A stretch of 64,000 nucleotides of DNA from Dehalococcoidia bacterium (GCA_009841605.1 VXLM01000139.1:4257-68256), one strand, 5' to 3'; positions 10,225 to 20,016 are shown, numbered from the stretch's first letter. The notes: generated by a model from the sequence alone, not told the origin. Program-made: numbers and translations.

Positions 10225-11251
10225 TCATGCCATAGGGAATTCCGACCTTCCCCTTGTCGAGGTGGACGGGCTGACCAAGCTCTTCCCCGTTGCCGGGAAT
10301 CTGTTCCGAAAGCCCACCGGCTTTGTCCACGCCGTGGACGGTGTGTCGTTCCAACTTGCACCGGGAGAAAGCCTGGGCCTCGTCGGCGAGTCGGGCTGCG
10401 GCAAGACAACCGTAGGGAAACTGCTCCTCAAGCTGCTCGACCCGACGGCCGGCGGCATATCCTTCAATTTCCCCGGCGACTCCGAGGACGGGGCGCTCCA
10501 GGGACGTGTTGATGCGGCCACTCTGACCAGACGGCAAATGCGAGACTTCCGTCGTCATGTCCAGCTGATCTTCCAGGATCCCTACGAATCGATGAATCCC
10601 CGGCGGACGATCTACGACACCATCGCAGAACCCCTGTCGGTCCAGAAAATCGGGAATGTGCTCGACCGGGTGGACCGGGTTGCCGAAATCCTCACTCTGG
10701 TTGGACTCACCCCGGCGACGACGTTTCTGTTCCGATACCCCCATGAGCTTTCGGGAGGGCAGCGCCAGCGGGTCGCCATCGCTCGCGCACTCATCGTCGG
10801 CCCCTCGTTGGTGGTTGCGGACGAACCGACCTCCATGCTGGACGTGTCCAGCCGCACAGGCATCATGTCATTGATGCAGGAGCTTGCCCAGGGCATGGGA
10901 GTCGCCTACCTCTACATCACCCACGATCTGGCAGTCGCCAGGTACATGTGCGATCGGATCGCCGTGATGTACATGGGGAAGATAGTGGAAATGGCAGATA
11001 CGGAGGAGCTGCTGAGCAACCCCCTGCATCCCTACACCAAGGCCCTTCTCTCCGCGGTGCCGGTTCCCGATCCTGAGCACCATCGTGCCCCTCCGGAAAT
11101 CAGCGGCGAGGTGCCCGTCCCGGTAGACCCGCTCCCCAGATGCCGCTTCTTCGACAGGTGTCCGGCGGCAACCGCATTCTGCGAAGGCAACCCGCATCCT
11201 GAAATGGAAGAAAAATCTCCAAGGCACTATGCAGCTTGTTACGAGGCGTGA
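10211..11251 (+). CDS. ABC transporter ATP-binding protein (DppF/OppF-like)
   Basis: Walker [10 protein letters not shown], signature LSGGQRQR, Walker [14 protein letters not shown]-terminal HPYTKALL motif. Start is ambiguous (10181 or 10211); either overlaps the upstream gene. Confidence 0.88.
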   Translation: MPQNSHAIGNSDLPLVEVDGLTKLFPVAGNLFRKPTGFVHAVDGVSFQLAPGESLGLVGESGCGKTTVGKLLLKLLDPTAGGISFNFPGDSEDGALQGRVDAATLTRRQMRDFRRHVQLIFQDPYESMNPRRTIYDTIAEPLSVQKIGNVLDRVDRVAEILTLVGLTPATTFLFRYPHELSGGQRQRVAIARALIVGPSLVVADEPTSMLDVSSRTGIMSLMQELAQGMGVAYLYITHDLAVARYMCDRIAVMYMGKIVEMADTEELLSNPLHPYTKALLSAVPVPDPEHHRAPPEISGEVPVPVDPLPRCRFFDRCPAATAFCEGNPHPEMEEKSPRHYAACYEA

Positions 11252-12011
11252 CTATACACAACCAAGCAGAATTTTACTCCGCCCAACGATGGCGGCCCTG
11301 ATAGCCATCGTCTCGCTGGCGGTAGTCTCCGCGTGCTCGACCGGAGCGACCGAAGTTCCGCCAACGCAGGCTCCCGACGACGAGTTCGTGGCCGCGCGCA
11401 ATGCGATGGTCGACGCCTACGGGAACACCGACGAAATATCCGACCCTCTCGTCCTGACGGCGATGAGGACCGTTCGCCGCCAGGAGTTCGTCCTCCCGCG
11501 AGACAGGGGGCGGGCGTACCGCGAGATGGCGCTGGCCATCAACGCCGGACAGACCATATCCCAGCCCTTCGTGGTGGCCCTCATGACCGATCTGCTCGAT
11601 CTGCAGCCGGGCGAGCGAGTGCTGGAGATCGGAACCGGATCAGGGTACCAGGGAGCCGTGCTGGCCGAGATCACCGATCACGTCTACAGCATCGAGATCA
11701 TACCGTCGCTGGCCGCTGAGGTAGCGGACCGGCTGAACAGGCTCGGATACGGCGACATTGAGCTCAGGCAGGCCGACGGCTACTTCGGCTGGGAGGAGCA
11801 AGCGCCATTCGATGGCATCATCGTCACCGCTGCTCCCGACCACGTGCCTCCGCCTCTGCTCAGACAGCTTGCCGACGGAGGCAAAATGGTCATCCCCGTC
11901 GGTCCGCCGGGTGCCGTACAGACGCTCTGGCTCATCGAGCGCAAAGGTGACGACTACATACGAATCAACCAGGGCGCGGTGAGGTTCGTCCCATTCACCA
12001 GGGAGCCCTGA
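11229..12011 (+). CDS. pcm: protein-L-isoaspartate O-methyltransferase with N-terminal lipoprotein-type signal
   Basis: PCMT blocks GQTISQPFVVALMTDLL, VLEIGTGSGYQGAVLAE and DGIIVTAA. N-terminus MAALIAIVSLAVVSAC looks like a lipobox. ATG 11289 is an alternative start. Confidence 0.85.
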   Translation: MQLVTRRDYTQPSRILLRPTMAALIAIVSLAVVSACSTGATEVPPTQAPDDEFVAARNAMVDAYGNTDEISDPLVLTAMRTVRRQEFVLPRDRGRAYREMALAINAGQTISQPFVVALMTDLLDLQPGERVLEIGTGSGYQGAVLAEITDHVYSIEIIPSLAAEVADRLNRLGYGDIELRQADGYFGWEEQAPFDGIIVTAAPDHVPPPLLRQLADGGKMVIPVGPPGAVQTLWLIERKGDDYIRINQGAVRFVPFTREP

Positions 12012-12039
12012 TTAGAGGGATTCCAAAAGTGGGATCCCG

Positions 12040-12225
12040 TTCACCCTGAGCAGCGTTACGCCCCGGCACACCCACCGTAGGGGCAATCCCTTGTGGTTGC
12101 CCGTCCTCTCGTCCCTCCATTCACCCTGAGCAGCCTTATACCCCGGCTAACCCTTCGTAGGGGCAATCCCTCGTGGTTGCCCGTCCTCGTCCCTCCATTC
12201 ACCCTGAGCCTGTCGAAGGCTGACC
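12040..12225 (+). repeat. tandem repeat, about 2.3 units of 78-80 bp (family E half-site plus family F hairpin per unit)
   Basis: Units 12040-12119 and 12120-12197, plus a partial unit from 12198. Each begins TTCACCCTGAGC and contains GTAGGGGCAATCCCTTGTGGTTGCCCG. Confidence 0.88.
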
Positions 12226-12231
12226 AACAAA

Positions 12232-12270
12232 CCCCCTCTCCCGTCGTGGGAGAGGGCTGGGGTGAGGGTG
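12232..12270 (+). repeat. Family A hairpin repeat
   Basis: ccctctcccgtcgtgggagagggctggggtgagggtg, with one substitution in the tail. Confidence 0.9.
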
Positions 12271-12435
12271 ATGCCTTCACGTAGGAGCGAGCAGTTACTT
12301 GAAAGCAGCGTTACGCCCCGCGCACGGGCCCAGCAAGTGGAAGTAACTGCCGCTAAAACGACTTCTTTCCCTACTCTGCGCTCTCTGTGTTCTCTGCGGT
12401 GAATCTTCTTCTTGTTTTGAGCAGTTACTTGAAAG

Positions 12436-12485
12436 CCTGTCGAAGGGTCGTTCATGGTTCGACAAGCTCACCACGAACGTTTCGG
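12436..12485 (-). repeat. Family E variant (CGTTCGTGGTGAGCTTGTCGAACCATGAACG), inverted copy
   Basis: The reverse complement matches the cores at 16893-16922 and 57378-57407. This is the only inverted copy of any family core seen in the window, other than the H element's own inverted second arm. Confidence 0.8.
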
Positions 12486-12504
12486 CTGACTTGTCGGACA
12501 CCCT

Positions 12505-15087
12505 CTATGAGACCGCCTCGCGGTTTCCTGCCGCCCTTCGCTGCCATACGTGGGCGGCGAATGCGGCCAAGAGATACGCCACGGCTCCGCCCAGAATCAC
12601 CCAGGTGAAACCGAACGACAGCGCGAGAATCGTTGCGAGGATCGCGCTCACCACGGACGTCGACCCGTTGACCGCCCATGCCCACGGGACGAGCGCGGGG
12701 GCCTGCTCTCCCAGCACACGGACGGCACGGGGGAAGGGCACGCCCATTGCAGCGCCGAGCGGCCCCAGCAGCGCGACGCTGAGGGCGAGTCTGCCGGCGA
12801 GCGGCAGTCCCAGCGTCGCGTCGAAGACCGACGGCAGCCCGTAGGCGTAGAGCACCGACAGCGCCGCCACGACCGAGACCGCCACGGCCATGGGAACTCG
12901 CAGCCTGTCGGACGCCAGGCTGCCCACCCCCGACCATACCAGCACGCCGAAGAGCACCGTCGCAAAGGCGTACGCCGGTTGGTCCAAGTACAGGATGAAC
13001 CTCTGCAGCAAGGGAATCTCCACCCAGAGGAACCCCAGTCCTAGGCTGGCGAAGTAGACGAAGGGCCAGAGTCTCCCGATCGCGCCTGCCTGCGACCCGC
13101 CGCCGTTCGATGCATCCCTGCGGAAAAGGAGGGGAAGGAGGATGAATGCCCCGGCCGCAGCCACGGCCACCACTAGGCTGCCGAGCACAATGAGAAACCC
13201 TGCCCCGCCGAAGGGCTGAAAAGTCCTGCCAAGGCTCCTCAGTATCTCCGCCGTCTGGGACCACCTGAACAGGTGGTAGTAGAAGGGCCGATCGTCGCTG
13301 ACCGGAGAGATATCGTGGCTGTAGCCGGCATACAGCGCCTCCCTCGTCCGGGGATCCAGGATGGCCTTGACCGTGTCGTGGTATGCCGGAGTCGGGTGCA
13401 CGCTGAACCTGTTCACGTCCGAAGCCTCGATGCCGGGAAGGTGGACGAGGTCGTACTGGAGTCCTTCGGCGAACCCGCGCACGGCATCGATATCCGTGTC
13501 GTTGAGTGGAGAGTGCTTCACCACCAGCGTTATCGTCTGCAGGCTGCGAATGACGGCCATGTGCTCTGCCGGCTCGACTCCCAGACCCTCCAGTGCCTCG
13601 ACGGCGACGGAAACGACCCTGACCCCCTCGCTTGGCGGTGTCTGTGCCCACCGCGTCACGGACAGAAAACCGTCCGGGGCCAGGCGGCTGTAGTAGCTCT
13701 CGAACGCCTCCACCGTGTACAGGTAGTTCTCCGACACACCGTATGCCCCCGCAAGCACCGGTCTGAACGAGTCGGCGAGACTCACCTGGATGACATCGAA
13801 ACGCTCGTCGGTGCGATGCAGATAGCTCCTCGCTCCCTCATCGACGACGGTCACGCCCGACCTGCCGAGAATACCCGCCGCATGGTGCGCGAACCTCTCT
13901 CCCACGGCCTCGACCACCAACGGGTTCGAGATGACCGCCGTCACGGACTTCGCATCATTCCGCAGCGCGGTAAGCACGTCGAGCCCCCCGCCGGGCTCGA
14001 TCACGAGCGCCGTGGGGTGGTCCGCCAGCCGGTAGACCAGCGAGGTCGGCAGGTATTCGGTGAAGTCCGCGCCCTCCGGTGGGACCGCGCTCATCGGGCT
14101 CAGGTTGTCACCGTCGACAGCGAGCGCCGTCTGTGGCGGCAGCTCGCCTTGGTAGACGAAGCTGAGTCCTGGCGCCGCATGGATGCTGTCGCTCTCGATC
14201 ACTTCCACTAATGAGAATGCATTCCACCGGCTCCATGCCTTGGAGGCCCCTTCGTGCCTGAGCGCCTGGCTGACAGCCTTGTACGGCGACAACTTGAGAT
14301 CGGTGACGCCCAACACTATCGCGACCGCCACCACCCCCACGGCAAGAATGCCGGGAACCAGCCACGCGGGACGTATCAACTCCCTTCCGGCCATCGCCCC
14401 AGCTCCCATCAGTGCAATGACACCGGCGACGACGACCGATCCCGCAGCGCCGACGAAGAGCGGAAATACGACGGACAGGAGACATCCGATCCCCGCTCCG
14501 ACGAGGTTTGTCCCGTAGAGCACTCCCGCTTTGGTCGGGTGCTTCGCGAGACTGGCCCCGACTATCGAGCCCGCGAAGAAGAACGGCACTGCAAGCGCTA
14601 GGTAGTAGAGGGCCAAGTACGCGAGTTGGCTGGGCTCCCAAAGCAGAGTGTACGCGTCGAAGGGCAGAACGTTGGTCAGGTACAAGCCACCGGTGGACGT
14701 CACGGCGAATAGCAGCCCCGCTCCTGCCATCAGGGGCCTGATGTCCCGCGATGCCAGGGCCGGAACTATCGCCAGCGCGGTGCCGCTCGCCCCAAACCCC
14801 AACAGGGCGAGGCTGATTGCCAGAAAGGCGAAATGGTAGCCCTGGGTCACCGCGAAGATGCGCGTGAGGGCGATCTCGAAGAGCAGCGTCGCAGCGGAGA
14901 CCAGCAGCACGCAGGCATATAGCCCCGCGGTTGGGGCTGCGTTTTTCCGGGCCTCATGAGAGTACAATGTGGACAAGAAGCGACCCGCCCAATGAAACGG
15001 AGATGCTCTATGCCATACTACATACTCACGCTGATCCTTACACCCGAAGGCCGAGAGAACCTGCTGGCGGATTCTGAGAGCCTCCAC
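12505..15087 (-). CDS. polytopic membrane protein fused to a spermidine/spermine synthase-like domain
   Basis: Up to 860 aa. About 7 N-terminal TM helices, a central aminopropyltransferase-like block (ALVIEPGGGLDV...DVIQVSLADS) and about 6 C-terminal TM helices. The true start is probably TTG near 14967-14976. Confidence 0.75.
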   Translation of the reverse strand: MEALRIRQQVLSAFGCKDQREYVVWHRASPFHWAGRFLSTLYSHEARKNAAPTAGLYACVLLVSAATLLFEIALTRIFAVTQGYHFAFLAISLALLGFGASGTALAIVPALASRDIRPLMAGAGLLFAVTSTGGLYLTNVLPFDAYTLLWEPSQLAYLALYYLALAVPFFFAGSIVGASLAKHPTKAGVLYGTNLVGAGIGCLLSVVFPLFVGAAGSVVVAGVIALMGAGAMAGRELIRPAWLVPGILAVGVVAVAIVLGVTDLKLSPYKAVSQALRHEGASKAWSRWNAFSLVEVIESDSIHAAPGLSFVYQGELPPQTALAVDGDNLSPMSAVPPEGADFTEYLPTSLVYRLADHPTALVIEPGGGLDVLTALRNDAKSVTAVISNPLVVEAVGERFAHHAAGILGRSGVTVVDEGARSYLHRTDERFDVIQVSLADSFRPVLAGAYGVSENYLYTVEAFESYYSRLAPDGFLSVTRWAQTPPSEGVRVVSVAVEALEGLGVEPAEHMAVIRSLQTITLVVKHSPLNDTDIDAVRGFAEGLQYDLVHLPGIEASDVNRFSVHPTPAYHDTVKAILDPRTREALYAGYSHDISPVSDDRPFYYHLFRWSQTAEILRSLGRTFQPFGGAGFLIVLGSLVVAVAAAGAFILLPLLFRRDASNGGGSQAGAIGRLWPFVYFASLGLGFLWVEIPLLQRFILYLDQPAYAFATVLFGVLVWSGVGSLASDRLRVPMAVAVSVVAALSVLYAYGLPSVFDATLGLPLAGRLALSVALLGPLGAAMGVPFPRAVRVLGEQAPALVPWAWAVNGSTSVVSAILATILALSFGFTWVILGGAVAYLLAAFAAHVWQRRAAGNREAVS

Positions 15088-15369
15088 GGGATCACGTCAG
15101 AGGTGGAGACGGAGGACACAAAGGTGCTCGGCATGTACGCCGTCCTCGGTGAGTACGACTTCGTATGTATAGTCCAGTCTCCGAACAACGACGACGCGGC
15201 TCGTTTCTCACTCGAACTTGGCGTGAAGGCAGGTGCACATATACGCACCATGCCTGCAATCCCCATAGGAAGGCTCAGACCGGCGCAGCGGGACAGCAGC
15301 CCCTCAGACTTGGAGAGCGAAGTTACGCCGTCCAAAGGCAACGGCCCTGTGCACGAAAACAGCCCTTGA
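15010..15369 (+). CDS. GYD-domain protein
   Basis: MPYYILTLILTPEGRENL...GEYDFVCIV fits the GYD family pattern. GGAGA SD lies 8 nt before ATG 15010. Confidence 0.7.
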   Translation: MPYYILTLILTPEGRENLLADSESLHGITSEVETEDTKVLGMYAVLGEYDFVCIVQSPNNDDAARFSLELGVKAGAHIRTMPAIPIGRLRPAQRDSSPSDLESEVTPSKGNGPVHENSP

Positions 15370-15442
15370 AGACGGGCCGATACCGACGCATGTAGCGGAT
15401 CAACCGCATCGGCACCTGATTGCGCCGCTTCCCATTTGGCTT

Positions 15443-15555
15443 GTAACTATTCAGACTTCGTGGGAGTGTGCAAAGCGCACAGCCACCGTCATACCCGCGA
15501 AAGCGGGTATCCATAGGGGTGAGGGGTGTATGTCTCATTAACTCTGAACAGTTAC
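15443..15555 (+). mobile_element. Family C MITE-like element, uninterrupted (TIR GTAACTnTTCAGA... / ...TCTGAACAGTTAC, central ATACCCGC-GAAA-GCGGGTAT hairpin)
   Basis: 113 bp. Terminal inverted repeats and an 8-bp stem with a GAAA loop at 15491-15510, read directly. Confidence 0.8.
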
Positions 15556-15579
15556 TTCGGCTCCCCTATTCAGGCCCGC

Positions 15580-16785
15580 TCAGTGACGAACGACACCCAT
15601 CTCGTCGTGCATGATCGGAGCGGCGAGGAAGGCTTCCGTGTCGACGTTCCCGAACCGTGCCGGGCTGTATAGCTCGGAATTGATCCTCGTTCCGCCATCC
15701 ACCACGTGTTCGGCCAGAAGCAGCCCGGACACGGGATTGTAGGCGAATCCGCCTGAGTGAAAGTGGGCTCCCACGTACAGGCCGTCGACGCCGGGCACCG
15801 GGCCGATCACCGGTTTCACGTCGTACGCCAGGCTGATAAGCCCAACGGTGTGGTAGTCCCACCCCGCACCCTCGAGCATCGGCGCGCGTCTAACCAGGTT
15901 TTCCTTGAGGAAAGGCAGCGCTTCCGGGTGTGGGTCGAGTTCCGACACGTCGAAATCCGGCCCGTGCATCTCGTACGAGCCCAGGTTGTCGACGGACGTG
16001 CCCAGCAGTAGCCGGTTGTCGTCCGTGGGCCGCACGTAGCCGTTGAGAATGTGATCGTTGACGGCCGGCAGCCTGGGTGGCTCCGGGAACGGTTGAGTAA
16101 CGAACCTCTCGTGGACGAAGTTCTTGTACGGCGTGCGAAACCCGGCGAGCGAGAGCACGTGGTTCGTCCAGGCGTTGACTGCGCAGACCGCTGAGTCCGT
16201 CTCGATGGCGCCGCTGTCCGTCACCACGCCTTTCACGCGACCGTTGTGCAGATCAAAACCCACTACGGCCTCACGCTCCCTGATCTCGACGCCCATGTCC
16301 TCCAGTTTGTTCCTCAGGGCGGGGATGTACCTGTGCGGCTCTGAGTAACCTGACCTCAGGTCCAGCACGCCGATATCGCTCTCGTAGGCTGCAAGGTCAG
16401 GGAACCGCTCGCTGATCTCGCCGCCACGCAGCACCTCGAACCGGCCTCCGAGCCGCCGCCACATGTCCCGCAAGGGCGCGGCTCCGGCGAAAATTTTCTC
16501 CGTTGCGAGGTTCAGGCACCCGACTTGGTGGAAATGATACCCATCGAGGATTCGGCTGAACCGCTCGAAGAGGTCGAGGCTTATCGACCGGGCGCGCACC
16601 TCCGTCTCCGTGGGCATCAGCATGGTGATGATGCCACCCGCCTGGAGGCTGGAGCCGCCGCCAACGCTCCCCTTGTCCACTACTACGACACGCTCAACGC
16701 CCTTCTCGACAAGGTGGAACGCGGTGCTCAGGCCGGTTACCCCGGCCCCGATCACGACGACGGATTGCGGTCTGGAATGTGGCAC
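15580..16785 (-). CDS. FAD-dependent oxidoreductase (DAO / sarcosine-oxidase-beta-like family)
   Basis: 401 aa with N-terminal VVVIGAGVTGLSTAFHL dinucleotide fold and DAO-family length and layout. Confidence 0.88.
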   Translation of the reverse strand: MPHSRPQSVVVIGAGVTGLSTAFHLVEKGVERVVVVDKGSVGGGSSLQAGGIITMLMPTETEVRARSISLDLFERFSRILDGYHFHQVGCLNLATEKIFAGAAPLRDMWRRLGGRFEVLRGGEISERFPDLAAYESDIGVLDLRSGYSEPHRYIPALRNKLEDMGVEIREREAVVGFDLHNGRVKGVVTDSGAIETDSAVCAVNAWTNHVLSLAGFRTPYKNFVHERFVTQPFPEPPRLPAVNDHILNGYVRPTDDNRLLLGTSVDNLGSYEMHGPDFDVSELDPHPEALPFLKENLVRRAPMLEGAGWDYHTVGLISLAYDVKPVIGPVPGVDGLYVGAHFHSGGFAYNPVSGLLLAEHVVDGGTRINSELYSPARFGNVDTEAFLAAPIMHDEMGVVRH

Positions 16786-16861
16786 AGCGGGGTCATTCTA
16801 TGGCGCGGATACCCGCAGGCACAAGACCTTTCGTTAGGTTGTTTTCAGATATCCCACAAGG

Positions 16862-16975
16862 TTAAGGGAGTGTTTGCACAGTCTGCGTAAATCGTTCGTG
16901 GTGAGCTTGTCGAACCATGAACCGCCATTCGACAGGCTCAGGACGGATGTGAGTACCTCCGCAAACACCCTTTAA
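16862..16975 (+). mobile_element. Family X element (TIR TTAAGGGAGTGTTTGC / GCAAACACCCTTTAA) enclosing a family E palindrome
   Basis: 114 bp. The inner inverted pair is GTGAGCTTGTCGAA / TTCGACAGGCTCAG. Confidence 0.75.
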
Positions 16976-17029
16976 TCAAGATTCTCCTTTGATTCTTCGG
17001 AGTCAGCACTACCCTTTCGCGGGGTAGCA

Positions 17030-17141
17030 GTAACTGTCCCGTCTTCGTGAGCGTGCTCGACACACATAACCACCGTCATACCCGCGAAAGCGGGTATCCA
17101 CACGGGACAGAGTGTTCAGCTCATCAACTCTGAACACTTAC
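17030..17141 (+). mobile_element. Family C MITE-like element, uninterrupted
   Basis: 112 bp. gtaactgtcccgtcttcgtgagcg...ccaccgtcatacccgcgaaagcgggtatcc...aactctgaacacttac. Confidence 0.8.
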
Positions 17142-17157
17142 GGACGACTGCATCACC

Positions 17158-17186
17158 TTGACACTCCGTGGGGGTATTTGCATAAT
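17158..17186 (+). promoter_or_regulatory. candidate sigma-70-type promoter TTGACA-N17-CATAAT upstream of the antiporter gene
   Basis: Hexamers at 17158-17163 and 17181-17186, about 170 nt upstream of the start, just after a family C repeat. Called by sequence match only. Confidence 0.4.
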
Positions 17187-17357
17187 GGCGCGGACGCCTC
17201 GGCGATGCTCCCGCCGCTGTCAGTGGCGGTTCCATTGCAACCAGCACCCGAGAACCCCACGATAATATTTTGAGGATCACAAACGGCTGTCTGTTTGTTG
17301 CCTCTCCATTTGGCAGCGCTCCTAAACAACGCAGCCTGCTAGGGAGGACATTGCGGA

Positions 17358-19004
17358 TTGGAACTCCATGAAGCCCTTTTCGCGGTGGGTCTGCTCATCG
17401 TTGTCGCCAAGCTGCTGGAGGGCATATTCAAGCGGTTCGGCCTGAACTCGATCATCGCCTACGCAACTACAGGGGTTATCCTCGGCCCCGTGACCGGACT
17501 GGTGGAGTCGAGCTCCCAGGTCGAGACTATCCTCAGCATCGGCATCTTCATATTCTTCTTCCTCATCGGCTTGGAGGAACTGGATATTAGGGGCTTCTTG
17601 GCAGCGATGCGAGGCCGCCTCTTCCTGGCTGCCGTTTTGTCCGTGACCATATCGCTCTTGGTGTCCCTCGCGGTCACCACCGATACATTCTTCGACTTGC
17701 AGTTGGACCTCGACTTCACCCAAGCCTTGGGATTGGCCGGAGTGCTGTCGCTTTCCAGTCTGGGCGTAGTCGCCAAGGTGCTGATCGACGAAGGACGCCT
17801 GAAGGAGCCCGTGGGCGTTGAGATCTTCACTGCCGTAGTCATCGCCGAGCTGATTGCGCTGTTTGTAGTGGGATTCGCTCTCAGCGAACACTTTTACGCG
17901 GGGAGTCTCGGCCACGCTTTAGACCTGCTCAGCGTGTTGACCGTCATCGGACAAATCGTAGGCTTCACCATACTGACCTGGATATTTTCCACCAAAATAC
18001 TTCCCAAGATAATTGTCGTGCTGCATCACTTTCTGCAGGTGCCGCAGCTTTCATTCGGGTTGCTGCTGGGAGGACTCTTCCTGGTGGTTGTTGGAGCCGA
18101 ACAGGCAGGGCTTCACGGCTCTCTCGGAGCCCTGCTCTTTGGCGCCGCTCTGTCAATGCTGCCCTATCAGGTGAGACGGGACATTATGCCGGGAATGAAA
18201 GGTGCCGCCGAAGGGTTCTTTGTTCCCCTGTTCTTCGCCTCCGCAGGTTTGCATCTGAGCTTTGAATTCCTGAAATTGCCGCCGGAGACCATTCTGGCCC
18301 TCACCCTCGTGCCTCTGGCCGGAAAATTTGCCGGGTCGTTTATTAGCGCATACATCACCCGCCTCGACGCTCCCTTCGCCATAGCCACCGGTCTGATGGC
18401 CAAGGGGGTGGCGGAAATTGCGCTCCTTCTCTTACTCCTCCACACCGAGGCCATCGACAAGGGAGTTTTCTCCTTGTTGGTGCTCATAATGATCGGTTAC
18501 ATCCTGCTGACGCCTATGGGTATCAGTCTCGCGCTCAAAAGGCTCAAACACACCGATGCCGTTACTCCGCAGGGGCGCGTCCCGCCGTCACTTGTCCGCT
18601 TTGCCTTGGAAGATATCAGGGTGCAGGACATCTTGGACCGTTCGCGGAGCTACCCGGAACAGTCCCTGACAGTCAGGGCCTTCACGGAAACATGGCTCCT
18701 GCCGGAGCAGCACGACTACGTGGTTGTTGACCAGGGTAAGCTCGCTGGAATAGTGTCACTGAGTATGCTGCGCTACCTCCCACGCAGCGAGTGGGAACAC
18801 ACTCCCCTTGGCAGGGTGTTGCGCCACAACACGCCGTTTGCTTACGCCAACGAAATGGTCGAGGATGCCCTGCAGCGAATGACGGAAAATTCACTCACCG
18901 TCCTGCCCGTGGCGGACAAAGAAACCGGAGAGTTGATCGGGTCGGTTTCCAGTCATGAAATCCTGGAAATGGTCGTACTAACTGCCCAAGGGCACGAGAT
19001 CTGA
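17358..19004 (+). CDS. cation:proton antiporter (CPA family) with C-terminal CBS pair
   Basis: About 12 TM helices followed by two CBS-like modules (VRVQDILD... and ...LTVLPVADKETGELIGSVSSHEILEM). TTG start preceded by GGGAGG. Confidence 0.88.
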   Translation: MELHEALFAVGLLIVVAKLLEGIFKRFGLNSIIAYATTGVILGPVTGLVESSSQVETILSIGIFIFFFLIGLEELDIRGFLAAMRGRLFLAAVLSVTISLLVSLAVTTDTFFDLQLDLDFTQALGLAGVLSLSSLGVVAKVLIDEGRLKEPVGVEIFTAVVIAELIALFVVGFALSEHFYAGSLGHALDLLSVLTVIGQIVGFTILTWIFSTKILPKIIVVLHHFLQVPQLSFGLLLGGLFLVVVGAEQAGLHGSLGALLFGAALSMLPYQVRRDIMPGMKGAAEGFFVPLFFASAGLHLSFEFLKLPPETILALTLVPLAGKFAGSFISAYITRLDAPFAIATGLMAKGVAEIALLLLLLHTEAIDKGVFSLLVLIMIGYILLTPMGISLALKRLKHTDAVTPQGRVPPSLVRFALEDIRVQDILDRSRSYPEQSLTVRAFTETWLLPEQHDYVVVDQGKLAGIVSLSMLRYLPRSEWEHTPLGRVLRHNTPFAYANEMVEDALQRMTENSLTVLPVADKETGELIGSVSSHEILEMVVLTAQGHEI

Positions 19005-19041
19005 ATCACCGCATTTTCGGGGCCACCGCCATCAAATCCCC

Positions 19042-20016
19042 CTACGGCACTCCCCCCTGCAATATCTTCACCAGCTTGCTGCCGTCGATGTTCCCGCCTG
19101 ACACGATGCACGCCACTTTGCCCGTTCCCGCCTTGCCCGCCAGCGCTCCGGCCACGGACGCCGCGCCCGCTCCCTCCGCAATGACGTGGTTCCCATCCGC
19201 GATCAGCCGCACCGCCCCCGCAATCTCCTCCGGCGTCGATACCAGCGACCCGTCCAGCAGGCTCGACGCAAGCTCGAACATCTCATTGAAGACACGAGGA
19301 GCGCCAATGCCGTCCACGAAGGTCGGCTCATAGTCGATAACGACGGGACTCCCGTTCGCCAAGGATGCCGCAAACGGCGCGCCGGTCGAGACTTCAGCCG
19401 CGTACAGCTTGACTTCGGGCCTCAGCGCGCGAATCACCGAGGCGATGCCGCATGAGAGTCCTCCGCCCGCATAGGCAATGACCACGGCGTCCACGTCCGG
19501 CAGGTCTTCGAGGATCTCAAGGCCGATGGTCGCGTTCCCCGCCATAACCTCAGGGTCGCTGAACGGATGCACCATCATGCCCGACATCTCCGGGTGGCTC
19601 CGCGTCTCGAACGTCTCAACGAACTCCGAGAACGGCACCTTGTGATAGCGCGCGCCAAGCCGGCGAATCGCGTTCAGCTTGGCATCCGGCGCCACATCCG
19701 GTACCACGACCGCGCACGGCGCCCCCATCCTCCTCGCGTTCCAAGCCACGCCCTGCGCCATGTTCCCCGCGCTGCACGTCCACACCCCGTCCGACAGTTC
19801 CTCGGGAGCGATCTGCGCCATCTTGTTGGCCGCCCCCCGGAGCTTGAACGACCCAATGGGCTGGAGGTTCTCCAGCTTCAGATAGATTTCAGCCGGGGCA
19901 TCATGAACGTTCAGTCGAACGAGCGGTGTCCGAACCACCGCGCCCTTGATGCGCTCCACCGCCTCGCGGACCTTCTCAACGGGGATGGGTTCATATCTGA
20001 GTTCGGTAGGCGACAT
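19042..20016 (-). CDS. PLP-dependent threonine/serine dehydratase family enzyme
   Basis: 324 aa. PLP-lysine motif PIGSFKLRGA and glycine loop GGGLSCG, the fold-type II (beta family) layout. Confidence 0.88.
   Translation of the reverse strand: MSPTELRYEPIPVEKVREAVERIKGAVVRTPLVRLNVHDAPAEIYLKLENLQPIGSFKLRGAANKMAQIAPEELSDGVWTCSAGNMAQGVAWNARRMGAPCAVVVPDVAPDAKLNAIRRLGARYHKVPFSEFVETFETRSHPEMSGMMVHPFSDPEVMAGNATIGLEILEDLPDVDAVVIAYAGGGLSCGIASVIRALRPEVKLYAAEVSTGAPFAASLANGSPVVIDYEPTFVDGIGAPRVFNEMFELASSLLDGSLVSTPEEIAGAVRLIADGNHVIAEGAGAASVAGALAGKAGTGKVACIVSGGNIDGSKLVKILQGGVP

Noticed and set aside
12040-12225. Regularly spaced repeats that could suggest a CRISPR array.
   Set aside because: The units are contiguous with no unique spacers, are 78-80 bp long and imperfect, are built from repeat families found throughout the window, and no cas genes are present.
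12452-13651. Long antisense and alternative-frame ORFs rich in Arg, Gly and Pro. Examples: 12452-13651 (399 aa), 8322-9188, 29691-30530, 37246-38208, 38205-39236, 41837-43225, 46623-47516, 50109-51044, 26985-27950.
   Set aside because: These are typical shadow ORFs of GC-rich DNA. Each lies opposite to, or out of frame with, a gene that has clear family motifs. They have low-complexity composition and no SD.
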